A stretch of 64,000 nucleotides of DNA from assembly GCA_016183425.1 (NCBI GenBank), contig JACPEP010000008.1, positions 21,048 through 85,047 of the forward strand, given 5' to 3'. The notes beneath the pieces were generated by a model that saw only the letters and a list, made by a program, of their open reading frames with translations, had not been told where the DNA came from and did not search any database. The position numbers and the translations under genes are program-made. The stretch is from Chloroflexota bacterium (lineage in GTDB: Bacteria > Chloroflexota > Dehalococcoidia > JACPEP01). Shown here in pieces: positions 6,728-16,160 of the stretch. The number at the start of each line of letters is the position of its first letter. Position 1 is the stretch's first letter.

Positions 6728-8983
6728 TCATGGAGGAGCTTGCTGTTTCCCCTTCTCTTTCAGCGCCCTCAACAGTCGCTCCGGGGTGATGGGGAGGTCT
6801 TTTATCCGGATGCCGGTGGCATGGTAGATGGCGTTGGCCAGGGCGGGGGCGGTGGGGAGGCCCGCTGGCTCCCCCACCCCCTTGGCCCCGAAGGGGCCGT
6901 TGGGGTCTACCGATTCCACCAGGATGGGCCGTAAGGGAGGGACGTCCAAGGCCGTGGATAGCTTGTAGTCGGCGAAGTTGGGGTTCAGGGTCTGTCCCTC
7001 CACCCGCACCAGATTTTCCCTCAGGGTGTAGCCCAGGGCCATGGCGATGCCCCCCTCCAATTGTCCTTCGGCGTTCATGGGGTTTATGGCCCGCCCCAGG
7101 TCGTGGGCGGCCGCCACCTGGAGCACTGTCACCTCCCCCGTCTCCGGGTCTACAGCCACCTCTGCCGCCTGAGCACCGAAGGCGTAGGCGTCGATGCCCC
7201 GCTCCGCGGGGTGGTCGAACTGGCCCTTGCCCAGAATGGCCACCCCGCCCTTGCGGTCGGGGGTGCCGGATACCTGAGAGAAGGGTATGGCCTTATCCTG
7301 GCTCCCAGCGACGAATATCTGCCCGTCGCGGATCTCCAGGTCGTCGGGGGAGGCCTCCAGCTTTTGGGCGGCCAGGGCCAGGAGCTCCTTTTTGGCTTCG
7401 GCAGCCGCCGCCCGAACGGCGTTGCCGGCAGTGAAGGTGACCCGGTTGGCCCGGGAGCCCAGGTCCAGGGGGGTGGTGGCGGTGTCCATGGCGATGACGC
7501 GCACCTTATCCACAGGCACGCCCAGCTCCTCGGCGGCGATCTGGGCCAGGATGGTGCTGGAGCCCTGACCGATGTCCGGGTTGCCCGTGAGCACCGTTAC
7601 CGCATCTTCACTGATGTTGACATAAGCGCTGGAGAACTCCCCGGAGGCCACGCCGCTCACGTGGATGAAGCTGGCCAGCCCCACGCCCTGGCCTGGCGAA
7701 GAGCTTTTTCTCCTCTCCGGCCACCCGATGGCCTCTGCCGCCTGTTCCAGGCACTCCCTCTGGCCACAGGAGGTTATCTTGTTCCCCCAAGGGCTTCTGG
7801 TGTTGGGGAGGTTGGCGTTCTTGGCCCGTAGCTCCAGGGGGTCCATGCCCATTCTCTCTGCCAGCATGTCCAGGAGGGACTCCATGGCGAATATAATCTG
7901 AGTGCTGCCAAAGGCTCGGAAGCGTCCCCCCCAGGGGTTATTGGTGTAGACGGCGTATCCTTCGTACTGGATGTTGGGCACTCTATACAGGGAGCACATG
8001 ACCCGGCCCTCCACGTCCGGCAACAGTGGCCCCACGTCGCTGTAGGCGCCGTTATCGATGATGATGCGGGCCTGCCAGGCCAGCAGGGTGCCGTCTCTCC
8101 GGGCGCCCACCTTAACCCAGATAATGTGGGGGTGGCGGGAGCGGGTGGAGATGAACTCCTCCTCCCGGCTGAGGACCACCCGCACCGGGCGGTGGCTTTT
8201 GCGGGACAGAAAGGCGGCGATGGCCTCCTCGGTGATGCGGGACTTGCTGCCGAAGCCGCCACCCACGTGCACGTGGTGGAAGCGAATTTTGTGGAAAGGC
8301 ATCGGGAGCACCCGGGCCAGGTCCTGGCGGGCGTAGTAGGGGGCCTGGGTGGAGCTCCACAGGGTGAGGTCGCCGTTGAGCTCAAAATGGGCAAGGCAGC
8401 TATGGGGTTCCATACATGAGTGGGCCACCGGATGGGTGGTGAAGGTGTCCTCCACGATGTAGTCAGCTTCGGCAAAGGCTCGCTCCACGTCCCCGTAGTG
8501 TCGGCGGGAGTGGCCGATGATATTCCGCCCTCCGCCAGAGGCGGACACCAGGGGGGCGCCGGGCTGGGAGGCGGCTATGGGGTCGAAGATGGCGGGCAGG
8601 ATCTCATAGTCCACCTGGATAAGCTCCAGGGCCTCCCGAGCGGTGTCCTCGTCTACCGCCGCCACCGCCGCCACCTCGTCCCCGATGTAGCACACCTCGT
8701 CCACCGCCAGAGGGTATTTGTCCTCGGTGTAGGCTGGCCCCATGAAGGTGTATTTTATCTTTGGGGTATCCTGGGCGGTGACGATCGCCTTCACCCCCGG
8801 CAGGGCTTCGGCGAGGTGCGTATCAATGCGCAGAATGCGGGCGTGAGGGTGGGGGCTGCGCAGTATCTTGCCGTGGAGCATCCCTCGGAGCTTTACGTCG
8901 CCGGCATAGCGGGCCTCTCCCGTCACCAGCAGGGGCCCATCCAGGCGAGGAATTCTCTTGCCAACCACCGAGAACTGGGTCAT
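6728..8983 (-). CDS. Xanthine dehydrogenase-family molybdopterin-binding large subunit
   Basis: VTGEARYAGD, LRSPHPHARI, GGGFGSK, DIGQGS, EGQLEGG, GAKGVGEP; start placed at MTQFSVVG. Confidence 0.92.
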   Translation of the reverse strand: MTQFSVVGKRIPRLDGPLLVTGEARYAGDVKLRGMLHGKILRSPHPHARILRIDTHLAEALPGVKAIVTAQDTPKIKYTFMGPAYTEDKYPLAVDEVCYIGDEVAAVAAVDEDTAREALELIQVDYEILPAIFDPIAASQPGAPLVSASGGGRNIIGHSRRHYGDVERAFAEADYIVEDTFTTHPVAHSCMEPHSCLAHFELNGDLTLWSSTQAPYYARQDLARVLPMPFHKIRFHHVHVGGGFGSKSRITEEAIAAFLSRKSHRPVRVVLSREEEFISTRSRHPHIIWVKVGARRDGTLLAWQARIIIDNGAYSDVGPLLPDVEGRVMCSLYRVPNIQYEGYAVYTNNPWGGRFRAFGSTQIIFAMESLLDMLAERMGMDPLELRAKNANLPNTRSPWGNKITSCGQRECLEQAAEAIGWPERRKSSSPGQGVGLASFIHVSGVASGEFSSAYVNISEDAVTVLTGNPDIGQGSSTILAQIAAEELGVPVDKVRVIAMDTATTPLDLGSRANRVTFTAGNAVRAAAAEAKKELLALAAQKLEASPDDLEIRDGQIFVAGSQDKAIPFSQVSGTPDRKGGVAILGKGQFDHPAERGIDAYAFGAQAAEVAVDPETGEVTVLQVAAAHDLGRAINPMNAEGQLEGGIAMALGYTLRENLVRVEGQTLNPNFADYKLSTALDVPPLRPILVESVDPNGPFGAKGVGEPAGLPTAPALANAIYHATGIRIKDLPITPERLLRALKEKGKQQAPP

Positions 8984-8996
8984 CGTTCCCCCCTTG

Positions 8997-10451
8997 CTAT
9001 ACGATGGTGGGGTGAAGGTTGAGGAATAGTCCAGAAAGCAGGGTTCGGGCCCTCTCCTCGCTGACGAAGTCAGTGAGCTTGATGCGCTCCAGGAGCTCCT
9101 GATCTGGATTGCCCAGCTCTGGGAAGGGACGGTCGGTGGGTTTGGTGCTGTCGATGATAAGCCCCCCCGTTCGCATATAGGAAACGGGGGCCGGATCCTG
9201 GCGGTTGGCATCCAGGTCGCCTATCTTCTGCACCTGATATGTGTTGGCATCCACCCGGGTGCCTAAGGAGAAGAGCACCTCATGGATGTCGAAGGGATTG
9301 ATGTCGGTGTCCACAATGATGACGTTCTTGACGAAATCCCCGGCTGCCAGGAGGGTAAGCAGGCCGACCCGGGTGGACTCGCCGGGGTGGTCGGGCTGGA
9401 ACTGCACTACCGCCACGAAGGGGGCGGGGACGTAGGCGGCTCTGACCCTGGGATAGGCCTGCTTCAGGGTGCGGGTCAGGGCCAGGGCCAGGCTGGTGGC
9501 ATGATACAGGTCGTGGCGGGCGATGTGGGCGTCGAAAACCGGCTCCGCGGCCATGGTGATGGCCGTGGGGCGGAAGATGGGCTCCAGGGTCTGGGGAGAG
9601 TAGTAGCGCATGTAGTCTGTCCAGGGCCCGTTAAGGCCCCGTTCCGTGCAATGAAGGTAGCCCTCTAAAAGTATCTCGGCATCGGCGGGGACGAGGAAGT
9701 CCTCCCCCCAGGTTTCGGAGGGCGTAAGGCGCAGGGGTTCCCCCATGAGGCTGGCGGCGTAGTCATACTCATCCACGTCGTAGCCCACCCGCACCGACGA
9801 GGCCAGCATGAAGGTGGGGTAGTGACCCAGCACCCAGACACAAGGCATCTCCTCGTGGCCGGCGTCCCGGTAGCCCTGGAGGTAGCTCCACAGGTGGCGG
9901 TACTGGAGGCGGGCGGCGGCGCTCTGGGGGCCATGGAGGAGGAGACGGTGCCAGGAGAGGTTGTAGCGGCCGCTCTTGATCTCTCGGCCGATGGCCACGC
10001 CGCAGAACCAACCGGGGCGGGCATCCTTGGCGTCCTTGCGGTAGGCGGGGAGGTCCCTGAAGTCCATGTCGGAGCCGGTGATGACGGTGTGCTTCACCGG
10101 AGCCTCTTCCTTTTTCACCACCACCGTTTTCTGGGGCACGGTGGAGTGCTCGTGAAGGGTATTGATGAGGCCCTCCGCTGTCCACCGCTCTGGTGGCAGG
10201 CCACAAGCCACCGCCAGCTTGGAGAAGGTGCCATCGGCCTGGGTCTGGAGGAGGCCGGGCCACCTTTTGCCGTTGAGGGTGACTACGTTCTCGAAGACAG
10301 CCATGGGCCATTTGGACTGTCTCTCAAGGTGGTAAAGAAGAGCGTGGCACTCGGCCTCATGGGGCTTCAGTGGCCCTTTGGTGACCCGGACAATTTCCTC
10401 GGGGTGATGCTTCTCCAAAGTGGCGATGAAGGACTTGATGTTATGTGCCAT
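8997..10451 (-). CDS. UbiD-family (de)carboxylase, divergent
   Basis: YNLSWHR, VPADAEILLEG, KNVIIVDTDINPFD, TRV, IIDSTKP. Confidence 0.85.
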   Translation of the reverse strand: MAHNIKSFIATLEKHHPEEIVRVTKGPLKPHEAECHALLYHLERQSKWPMAVFENVVTLNGKRWPGLLQTQADGTFSKLAVACGLPPERWTAEGLINTLHEHSTVPQKTVVVKKEEAPVKHTVITGSDMDFRDLPAYRKDAKDARPGWFCGVAIGREIKSGRYNLSWHRLLLHGPQSAAARLQYRHLWSYLQGYRDAGHEEMPCVWVLGHYPTFMLASSVRVGYDVDEYDYAASLMGEPLRLTPSETWGEDFLVPADAEILLEGYLHCTERGLNGPWTDYMRYYSPQTLEPIFRPTAITMAAEPVFDAHIARHDLYHATSLALALTRTLKQAYPRVRAAYVPAPFVAVVQFQPDHPGESTRVGLLTLLAAGDFVKNVIIVDTDINPFDIHEVLFSLGTRVDANTYQVQKIGDLDANRQDPAPVSYMRTGGLIIDSTKPTDRPFPELGNPDQELLERIKLTDFVSEERARTLLSGLFLNLHPTIV

Positions 10452-10463
10452 ATCTCTTCCTTA

Positions 10464-11690
10464 CTAGCTCCGGGTTTTCAGTACCCGTTGCACTATTTCC
10501 CGAAACTCACCTTCGTCCAGGAGTCCTTTCTTGCGATGGGAGGCCTCTTTGACTTGGGCCAGGATGTCCCTGGCCTCCTCTTCCGTGGCGTTGAGGCCCA
10601 TTTTGTCCAGCCACATGGTAATGGAGTCGATGCCACTGCTTTTGCCCAGCACGGTCTCTGCCGCCCGATGGCCCACCAGCTCCCAGCGGAAGGGGAAGAC
10701 CTCCGTGGCGTGGTCATAGCCACAGTTCTTGAACCAGGTGGTGATGATGCCCGATTCTATCTGAAAGAGGCGGTCCCCCACGATGGGTTTGTTGGAGGGA
10801 AGCTGAAGGCCGGAGAGCCGGCGCACTGTCTGGGAGAGGGAGGTGAGCTTCTCGTAGTTGAGGCCCACATCTACCCCGTACATAGTGAGGAGGGCCATGA
10901 CCGTCTCCTCCAGGGGGGCGTTGCCCGCTCGCTCCCCCAAGCCTGATACGGTGACGTGGGCCACCTCCGCCCCCGCCGCCAGCCCGGCCAGGGTATTGGC
11001 CACCCCCAGGCCGAAGTCGCCGTGGAAGTGGGTCTCCAAGGGCACCTTCACCCGTTCCTTAGTCTTGTGCACAAAGTAGGCGGCGGCGTGGGGAGAGAGG
11101 ACGCCGAAGGTGTCCACTAAGGCCAGAGCATCCATGTGTCCCTCTCTGGCTACCCGTTCGATGAGGTTCAGGTACCAGTTCATCTCGGCCCGGGTAGCGT
11201 CGATGGGAAAGAAGACGGTGTAAAGCCCCTGCTCTCTGGCGTAGGCGGTGGCCTGGATGGAGAGGTCCAGGGCCTTTTCCAGGGGCCAGCGGTAGGCGTA
11301 CTCCAGGATATGCTCCGAGCAGGGTATCTCCATGACGATGCCTTTGACGCCACAATCCACGGCTCTCTTTACGTCATCCACCATGCATCGGGAGAAGACG
11401 AAGATCTCCGGCCCCAGGTTGCGCCTTACGATCTCTTTTACCGCCGCCTCGTCTTCCACAGAAACGGCGGGCATCCCGGCCTCGATGCGGTGAACGCCCG
11501 CCTCCGCCAGCATCTCGGCGATGCGGACCTTGTCCTCTTTGGTGAAGGCTATCCCGGCCTGCTGCTCCCCGTCCCTAAGGGTGATGTCGTGGATTTTTAT
11601 TCGAGGCGAGAAGGTGAGGCCAGCCGTCACCTCCGGCTGGTAGTTCCAGGGGCTGACGAACCAGTTCTCGGTCTTCCAGGGTTCAGTCAA
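10464..11690 (-). CDS. DRE-TIM metallolyase (homocitrate/isopropylmalate/citramalate synthase-like, no regulatory domain)
   Basis: HDITLRDGEQ, HFHGDFGLGVAN, GLGERAGNA, LGKSSG. Confidence 0.88.
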   Translation of the reverse strand: MTEPWKTENWFVSPWNYQPEVTAGLTFSPRIKIHDITLRDGEQQAGIAFTKEDKVRIAEMLAEAGVHRIEAGMPAVSVEDEAAVKEIVRRNLGPEIFVFSRCMVDDVKRAVDCGVKGIVMEIPCSEHILEYAYRWPLEKALDLSIQATAYAREQGLYTVFFPIDATRAEMNWYLNLIERVAREGHMDALALVDTFGVLSPHAAAYFVHKTKERVKVPLETHFHGDFGLGVANTLAGLAAGAEVAHVTVSGLGERAGNAPLEETVMALLTMYGVDVGLNYEKLTSLSQTVRRLSGLQLPSNKPIVGDRLFQIESGIITTWFKNCGYDHATEVFPFRWELVGHRAAETVLGKSSGIDSITMWLDKMGLNATEEEARDILAQVKEASHRKKGLLDEGEFREIVQRVLKTRS

Positions 11691-11775
11691 CGGGCACCTC
11701 TTTTTCTATTCAAGATTTTCCAAAAGTAATCTGTATATCGAGGGCTTTGGCCCTCCCATGATCTGGCGGGTCTTT

Positions 11776-11900
11776 GCCCTCACCCCCTCTGTCCCCCTCT
11801 CCCCGCCAAAGGCGGGGAGAGGGGGACGAATTTAAGAATCAGGGGGTGTACCCCCTGAAACCCCTGCCAGAGGGGCTGCGCCCCTCTGGACACCCCGCGT
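11776..11900 (+). repeat. REP/MITE-like multi-hairpin repeat (same architecture as 6611-6727)
   Basis: TCCCCCTCTCCCCGCCAAAGGCGGGGAGAGGGGGA hairpin; CAGGGGGTGTACCCCCTG; CCAGAGGGGCTGCGCCCCTCTGG. Confidence 0.75.
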
Positions 11901-11905
11901 TTTCA

Positions 11906-12799
11906 TCAATAATTTTCTGTTGCCCTAGCCACCGCCTGGGCTATCTGAAGGGTCTTCTTTGCCCTCTCGGCCACGGCCACATCCACCATCCTCCCCTCCA
12001 CGGACACCGCCGCCGAGCCCTGGGCTACGGCGGCCTGAAAGGCCGCCACTACCTTCTGGGCGTTGGCGATCTCCTCCGGTGAGGGGGAGAACATTCTGTT
12101 CACTATTTCCAACTGGTCGGGATGAATGAGACATTTGCCCACAAAGCCCAGATGTCGTGCCAGATGGGCCTCCTGCTCCAGCCCCTCCCGGTCTCTGAAA
12201 TCGGAGTAGACGGTGTCCACAGCGGCGACGCCCGCCGCTCGGGCGGCGACGACGACTTGAGAGCGGGCGAAGAAGAGCTCCCTGCCTCTTCTGGTGCGGG
12301 TTATCCCCATGTCCAGAGTAAAATCCTCGGCTCCAAAAAGGAGGCCCACCACCCGCGGGCTGGCCGAGGCCACTTCCAGGGCGTTCATCACCCCCTTCGC
12401 CGTCTCAATAATGGGCAGTAGGGTGACGCTGCCCACTTCCAGCCCGTGCTTTCTCTCGGCATCAGCCAGGAAGCCCTCGGCGAGAAGGATGTGACCCGCC
12501 GACTCTACCTTGGGGATACAGATCCCGTCCAAACCTGGTCTTACCACGGCCTCGATGTCCAGGGGAGCCAGCTCTCCCGTCACCACGTTGGTGCGAACGT
12601 AGACGCGGCGCCAGAGCGTCCTCACACGAGGGAGGGCGTCTCGCACCATGGTACGGGCGGTTTCCTTCTCTGCCAGGGGCACCGAGTCCTCCAGGTCCAG
12701 GATGACCCCGTCCACATCCAGGGTGGCCGCCTTGTCTATACGCCGGAGGGAGTTGCCGGGGACAAAGAGCAAGCTTCGGAACAGGGCAACTTCTGTCAT
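11906..12799 (-). CDS. CitE-like CoA-thioester lyase (citryl/malyl/citramalyl-CoA lyase family)
   Basis: RSLLFVPG, LDLEDSV, IIETAKG, FGAEDF, GKCLIHPDQ, GRMVD. Confidence 0.9.
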   Translation of the reverse strand: MTEVALFRSLLFVPGNSLRRIDKAATLDVDGVILDLEDSVPLAEKETARTMVRDALPRVRTLWRRVYVRTNVVTGELAPLDIEAVVRPGLDGICIPKVESAGHILLAEGFLADAERKHGLEVGSVTLLPIIETAKGVMNALEVASASPRVVGLLFGAEDFTLDMGITRTRRGRELFFARSQVVVAARAAGVAAVDTVYSDFRDREGLEQEAHLARHLGFVGKCLIHPDQLEIVNRMFSPSPEEIANAQKVVAAFQAAVAQGSAAVSVEGRMVDVAVAERAKKTLQIAQAVARATENY

Positions 12800-12820
12800 C
12801 TCACCCCTCCCCGCTAAGCG

Positions 12821-14011
12821 TTAAATAACCCCTTCCGCTTTGAGGTTTTCTCTTTCCTGCTCGTTGAGGCCCAGGAGCTTGCCGTAAACATAGTCATTGT
12901 CCTCCCCCAGAAGGGGGGCCGCCTTTTCTACTGCCCCCGGCGTCAGGGACAGCTTGGGGGCCGGCCCCTGGAACTTTAGCTTGCCAGCCGTGGGGTGCTC
13001 CACCTCCACCAGGGCGTTTCGGGCCTGGTACTGGGGGTGGCTCACCAGGTCGGCCACGGTGTTCACCGGCGCCACCTCGATGTCGGCGGCAACCAGAATT
13101 TCCTCGATCTCTTTGGTGGTTCTCTCCTTCACCCACTGGGCCACCGCCCCCTCGTAGTCCTCGATGAACTTGGCATCCAGGGGGTCCCGAGAGTGTTTGG
13201 GGAAGAGGGGGTGGGATAGGATATCCTCCCGACCTATTGCCTTGAGGAGTTGCGCCCGCTGTTGACCGCCGGTGATGAGAACATCGCCATCTTTCGCCTC
13301 GTAGGTACGGACGCCCGGGGTGGCAATGCGGGCACCCTTCCGCCACGCCACCTCTCCGAGGGATGTGAAGTGGAGGATCTTGTGCTCCATACAAAAGGCC
13401 GCCGATTCCAGAAGGGAGTTGTCTATCCACTGCCCCTGCCCCGTCTTCTGCTTGTAGTGGAGGGCGGTGAGGACGGCATAGGTATTGAGGAATCCTGCGA
13501 TGTAGTCCACAATGGCGATGCCATAGAAGGTGGCCGGACCGTCGGGTTCTCCGGTGACGCTCATCAGTCCGCTGGCCGCCTGGGCGATGTAGTCTCGCCC
13601 TGGCCGCTGGGCGTAGGGGCCGGTGGCACCGTACATGGAGACAGAGAGCATGATGATGCCTGGATTGACCTTCCTGATCTCCTCGTAGTCTAAGCCCCAC
13701 TTGGCCAAGGTCCCCGGCCGGAAGTTCTCTGTCACCACATCGCTGATCTTCGCCAGCTCTTTGAACAGCTCCTGGCCCCTCTTTTTTCTCAGGTCCAGGG
13801 TGATGCTCTTCTTATTGCGCGCCGACCATAGGAAATAGGGACCAATGCCTTTCACCAGGGGATGGTAACCATACCGCAAGGGGTCGCCCTGCCCCGGCTC
13901 CTCATAGCGAATGACCTCGGCCCCCATGTCTCCCAGCAGGGTGCCCACCAGAGGAGCGGCGAAGTATCGCCCCGATTCTAGAATCCTGATGCCTTCCAGG
14001 GCCTTGGGCAT
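12821..14011 (-). CDS. Family III CoA-transferase (CaiB/BaiF)
   Basis: LGDMGAEVI, RNKKSITLDL, ENFRPG, AQAASGLM. Confidence 0.92.
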   Translation of the reverse strand: MPKALEGIRILESGRYFAAPLVGTLLGDMGAEVIRYEEPGQGDPLRYGYHPLVKGIGPYFLWSARNKKSITLDLRKKRGQELFKELAKISDVVTENFRPGTLAKWGLDYEEIRKVNPGIIMLSVSMYGATGPYAQRPGRDYIAQAASGLMSVTGEPDGPATFYGIAIVDYIAGFLNTYAVLTALHYKQKTGQGQWIDNSLLESAAFCMEHKILHFTSLGEVAWRKGARIATPGVRTYEAKDGDVLITGGQQRAQLLKAIGREDILSHPLFPKHSRDPLDAKFIEDYEGAVAQWVKERTTKEIEEILVAADIEVAPVNTVADLVSHPQYQARNALVEVEHPTAGKLKFQGPAPKLSLTPGAVEKAAPLLGEDNDYVYGKLLGLNEQERENLKAEGVI

Positions 14012-14022
14012 GGCTACTCCTT

Positions 14023-14919
14023 TCACCCTAAAACTTTCTGTAGCAGAGGAATTATCTCATTGAAGGTATCGGCCACATAGGCCCCCGCTTGGCGCAGCCG
14101 AGCGATCTTTGTCGAGGGCTTGCCCCGCTCTCCCTGGATTATGGAGGCGGCGTGGCCGAAAACGGTGCCCTGGGGCATCTCCTCCATGAAGAGGCCAGCC
14201 ACGTAAGCGATGAGGGGTTTGGTAAAGCCCCCCGCCTCTATGAAGTCGGCGGCCTCCTCCTCGTAGGCTGTTCCCGGCTCGCCAAACATTAGCACCCCTT
14301 TGGTCTCATCGTCCTTTTGGAACATCTCCAGAAGGTCTCGGGGGCTGGAGCCGATGAAGGGGTCGCCTCCGATGCTGATGCAGGTGCTGACGCCGTAGCC
14401 GGCCCGCTTGGCCATCCAGGCGCACTCGGCGGTCATGCCGCCGGAGCGGGAGATGACCCCCACTGGGCCCGGGATGAAGCAGCGCTCCACGTTGTCGCCG
14501 CCGATGGCTCCCATCTTCACCCGGTGGCGCGGGCTGATGATGCCCACGGAGTTGGGACCCACCACCACGGTGCCGCGACTCCTGGCCAGATGAAGGACCT
14601 TGACCACGTCCATCTGAGGTATCCGCTCCGTTATGATGAGGACGAGCTTCATGCCGTTGTCCATGGCCTCCAGGGCGGCGTCGGCGGCGAAGGCGGGAGG
14701 GACGTAGACGATGGCCGTGTTCAACTCATGCTCGCGGCAGGCCTGCTTCAAGGAGTCATACACGGGCACGCCGTGGACGTTGTCCCCACCCCGCCCGGGA
14801 GTGACCCCGGCCACGATGGGGGTTCCGTAGTCCAGGGAGTGGCGAGTGACCATGGAGGCCTCTCGCCCCGTGATACCCTGAATGACTATTCGGGAGCGCT
14901 CGTCGGCAAGGATAGCCAA
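14023..14919 (-). CDS. Succinyl-CoA synthetase alpha-like subunit
   Basis: QGITG, VAGVTPG, GPNSVG, SRSGGM, FGHA (phospho-His). Confidence 0.88.
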   Translation of the reverse strand: MAILADERSRIVIQGITGREASMVTRHSLDYGTPIVAGVTPGRGGDNVHGVPVYDSLKQACREHELNTAIVYVPPAFAADAALEAMDNGMKLVLIITERIPQMDVVKVLHLARSRGTVVVGPNSVGIISPRHRVKMGAIGGDNVERCFIPGPVGVISRSGGMTAECAWMAKRAGYGVSTCISIGGDPFIGSSPRDLLEMFQKDDETKGVLMFGEPGTAYEEEAADFIEAGGFTKPLIAYVAGLFMEEMPQGTVFGHAASIIQGERGKPSTKIARLRQAGAYVADTFNEIIPLLQKVLG

Positions 14920-14930
14920 TTTATACCTCC

Positions 14931-16148
14931 TCAGTAACTGGGGTGGGCCTGTCTCATCCGTTCCACCATCATGCGGGCGGCGTCCTCCATGGTGATATCG
15001 TCGCCGTGGTAAGGAACGCCGGCTCCCTCCAGGAGCTCTTTGGCCCGGGGCTCGTTGACTCCGGCCATGCGGATGACGATGGGGAACTCCTTGACGTCGA
15101 TGTTCATATCCTTGAGGGCCCGCAGCAAGCCCTCCGCCACCAGGTCCACCTGGGTATTGTTGGTAATGTTGATGCTCAGGAAGAACCCTTTCAGCCCCGG
15201 CTTGGAGAGGATACCTTTGGTCAGGCCGTACATCTTACGCTCCGGGGGGTTGCCGCCGAACTCGGTGTAGTTGGCGGGTCGGCCGCCGTACTTGCGAAGG
15301 GTATCGAACATGAGGAGGCTGCCGCCGCCCCCGCCGCAGAGGAAGCCGATGTCGCCTCCCTCTAGCTCCGTGTAGCGGGCGGTGCCCCGATAGGGGTCTT
15401 CGGCATCCACCTGGATGATGTACTTCTCGATGTCGGTGAGGGGGCGCCAGGCGCGGTCGCTTCCCGGCTGGATCACCGAGGCCAGGTCAGGGTGGCGGTA
15501 GAGGGCATCGTCGTCCACGGCCATGAGGACGCCGGCGGCCACCCCCTTCCCATCCCCGGTCACCGCCAGAGGGTTGACCTCCACGATGGTAGCATCGTAC
15601 TTTTCAAAGCACTGATACATTCGCCACAGGATGTCCGTAGCCACCCGCAGCTCGTCACCCTTGAGACCCAGATCGCACCATATCTCCTTGGCCTGGTAGT
15701 TGGCCAGACCAAGGTAGGGGTCGACCTGTTTTGTAACTACTTTCTCCGGATAGGTGGCGGCCACCTCTTCCACGTCCACCCCCCCCTGGGAAGAGGCGAT
15801 GACCACGGGCATCTTCTTAAGCGGGTCGTAGGTGACGCAAGCGTAGATCTCCCGGGCGATGTTTACCCTCTCCTCCACCAGGATCTTTTCCACCGGAAAG
15901 TGGTATACCTTCATTTTGAGGAGCTCTTGGGCGGCGGCGGCCGCCGCCTCGGGGGAGGCGGCGAACCTTACGGCCCCGGCTTTGCCCCGCTTGCCCACCG
16001 GCACCAGGGCCTTGAGGGCCACGGCCCCTCCCAGCTCCTGAGCTGCCTGGCGGGCCTCCTCAGGGGTAGCAACTACCTTCCCCCGGGGCACCGGAATACG
16101 GAACTGGGACAAGAGCTTCTTGCTTGCGTCTTCCAGTAAACGACTCAT
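14931..16148 (-). CDS. Succinyl-/citryl-CoA synthetase beta-like ATP-grasp subunit
   Basis: GKRGKAGAV, GGVDVEE, EVNPL, GGGGGS, PANYTEFGGNP. Confidence 0.85.
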   Translation of the reverse strand: MSRLLEDASKKLLSQFRIPVPRGKVVATPEEARQAAQELGGAVALKALVPVGKRGKAGAVRFAASPEAAAAAAQELLKMKVYHFPVEKILVEERVNIAREIYACVTYDPLKKMPVVIASSQGGVDVEEVAATYPEKVVTKQVDPYLGLANYQAKEIWCDLGLKGDELRVATDILWRMYQCFEKYDATIVEVNPLAVTGDGKGVAAGVLMAVDDDALYRHPDLASVIQPGSDRAWRPLTDIEKYIIQVDAEDPYRGTARYTELEGGDIGFLCGGGGGSLLMFDTLRKYGGRPANYTEFGGNPPERKMYGLTKGILSKPGLKGFFLSINITNNTQVDLVAEGLLRALKDMNIDVKEFPIVIRMAGVNEPRAKELLEGAGVPYHGDDITMEDAARMMVERMRQAHPSY

Positions 16149-16160
16149 CCTTCACCCCCC

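Noticed and set aside
8984..9211. N-terminal extension of the Mo-subunit ORF (also extensions at 20430-20522 and 43325-43441)
   Set aside because: They overlap upstream genes; better starts with RBS lie downstream.
9822..10946. Long + strand ORF (374 aa) and similar ones such as 21364-22512 and 7061-7831
   Set aside because: Antisense shadows of well-supported GC-rich genes with no recognisable motifs.
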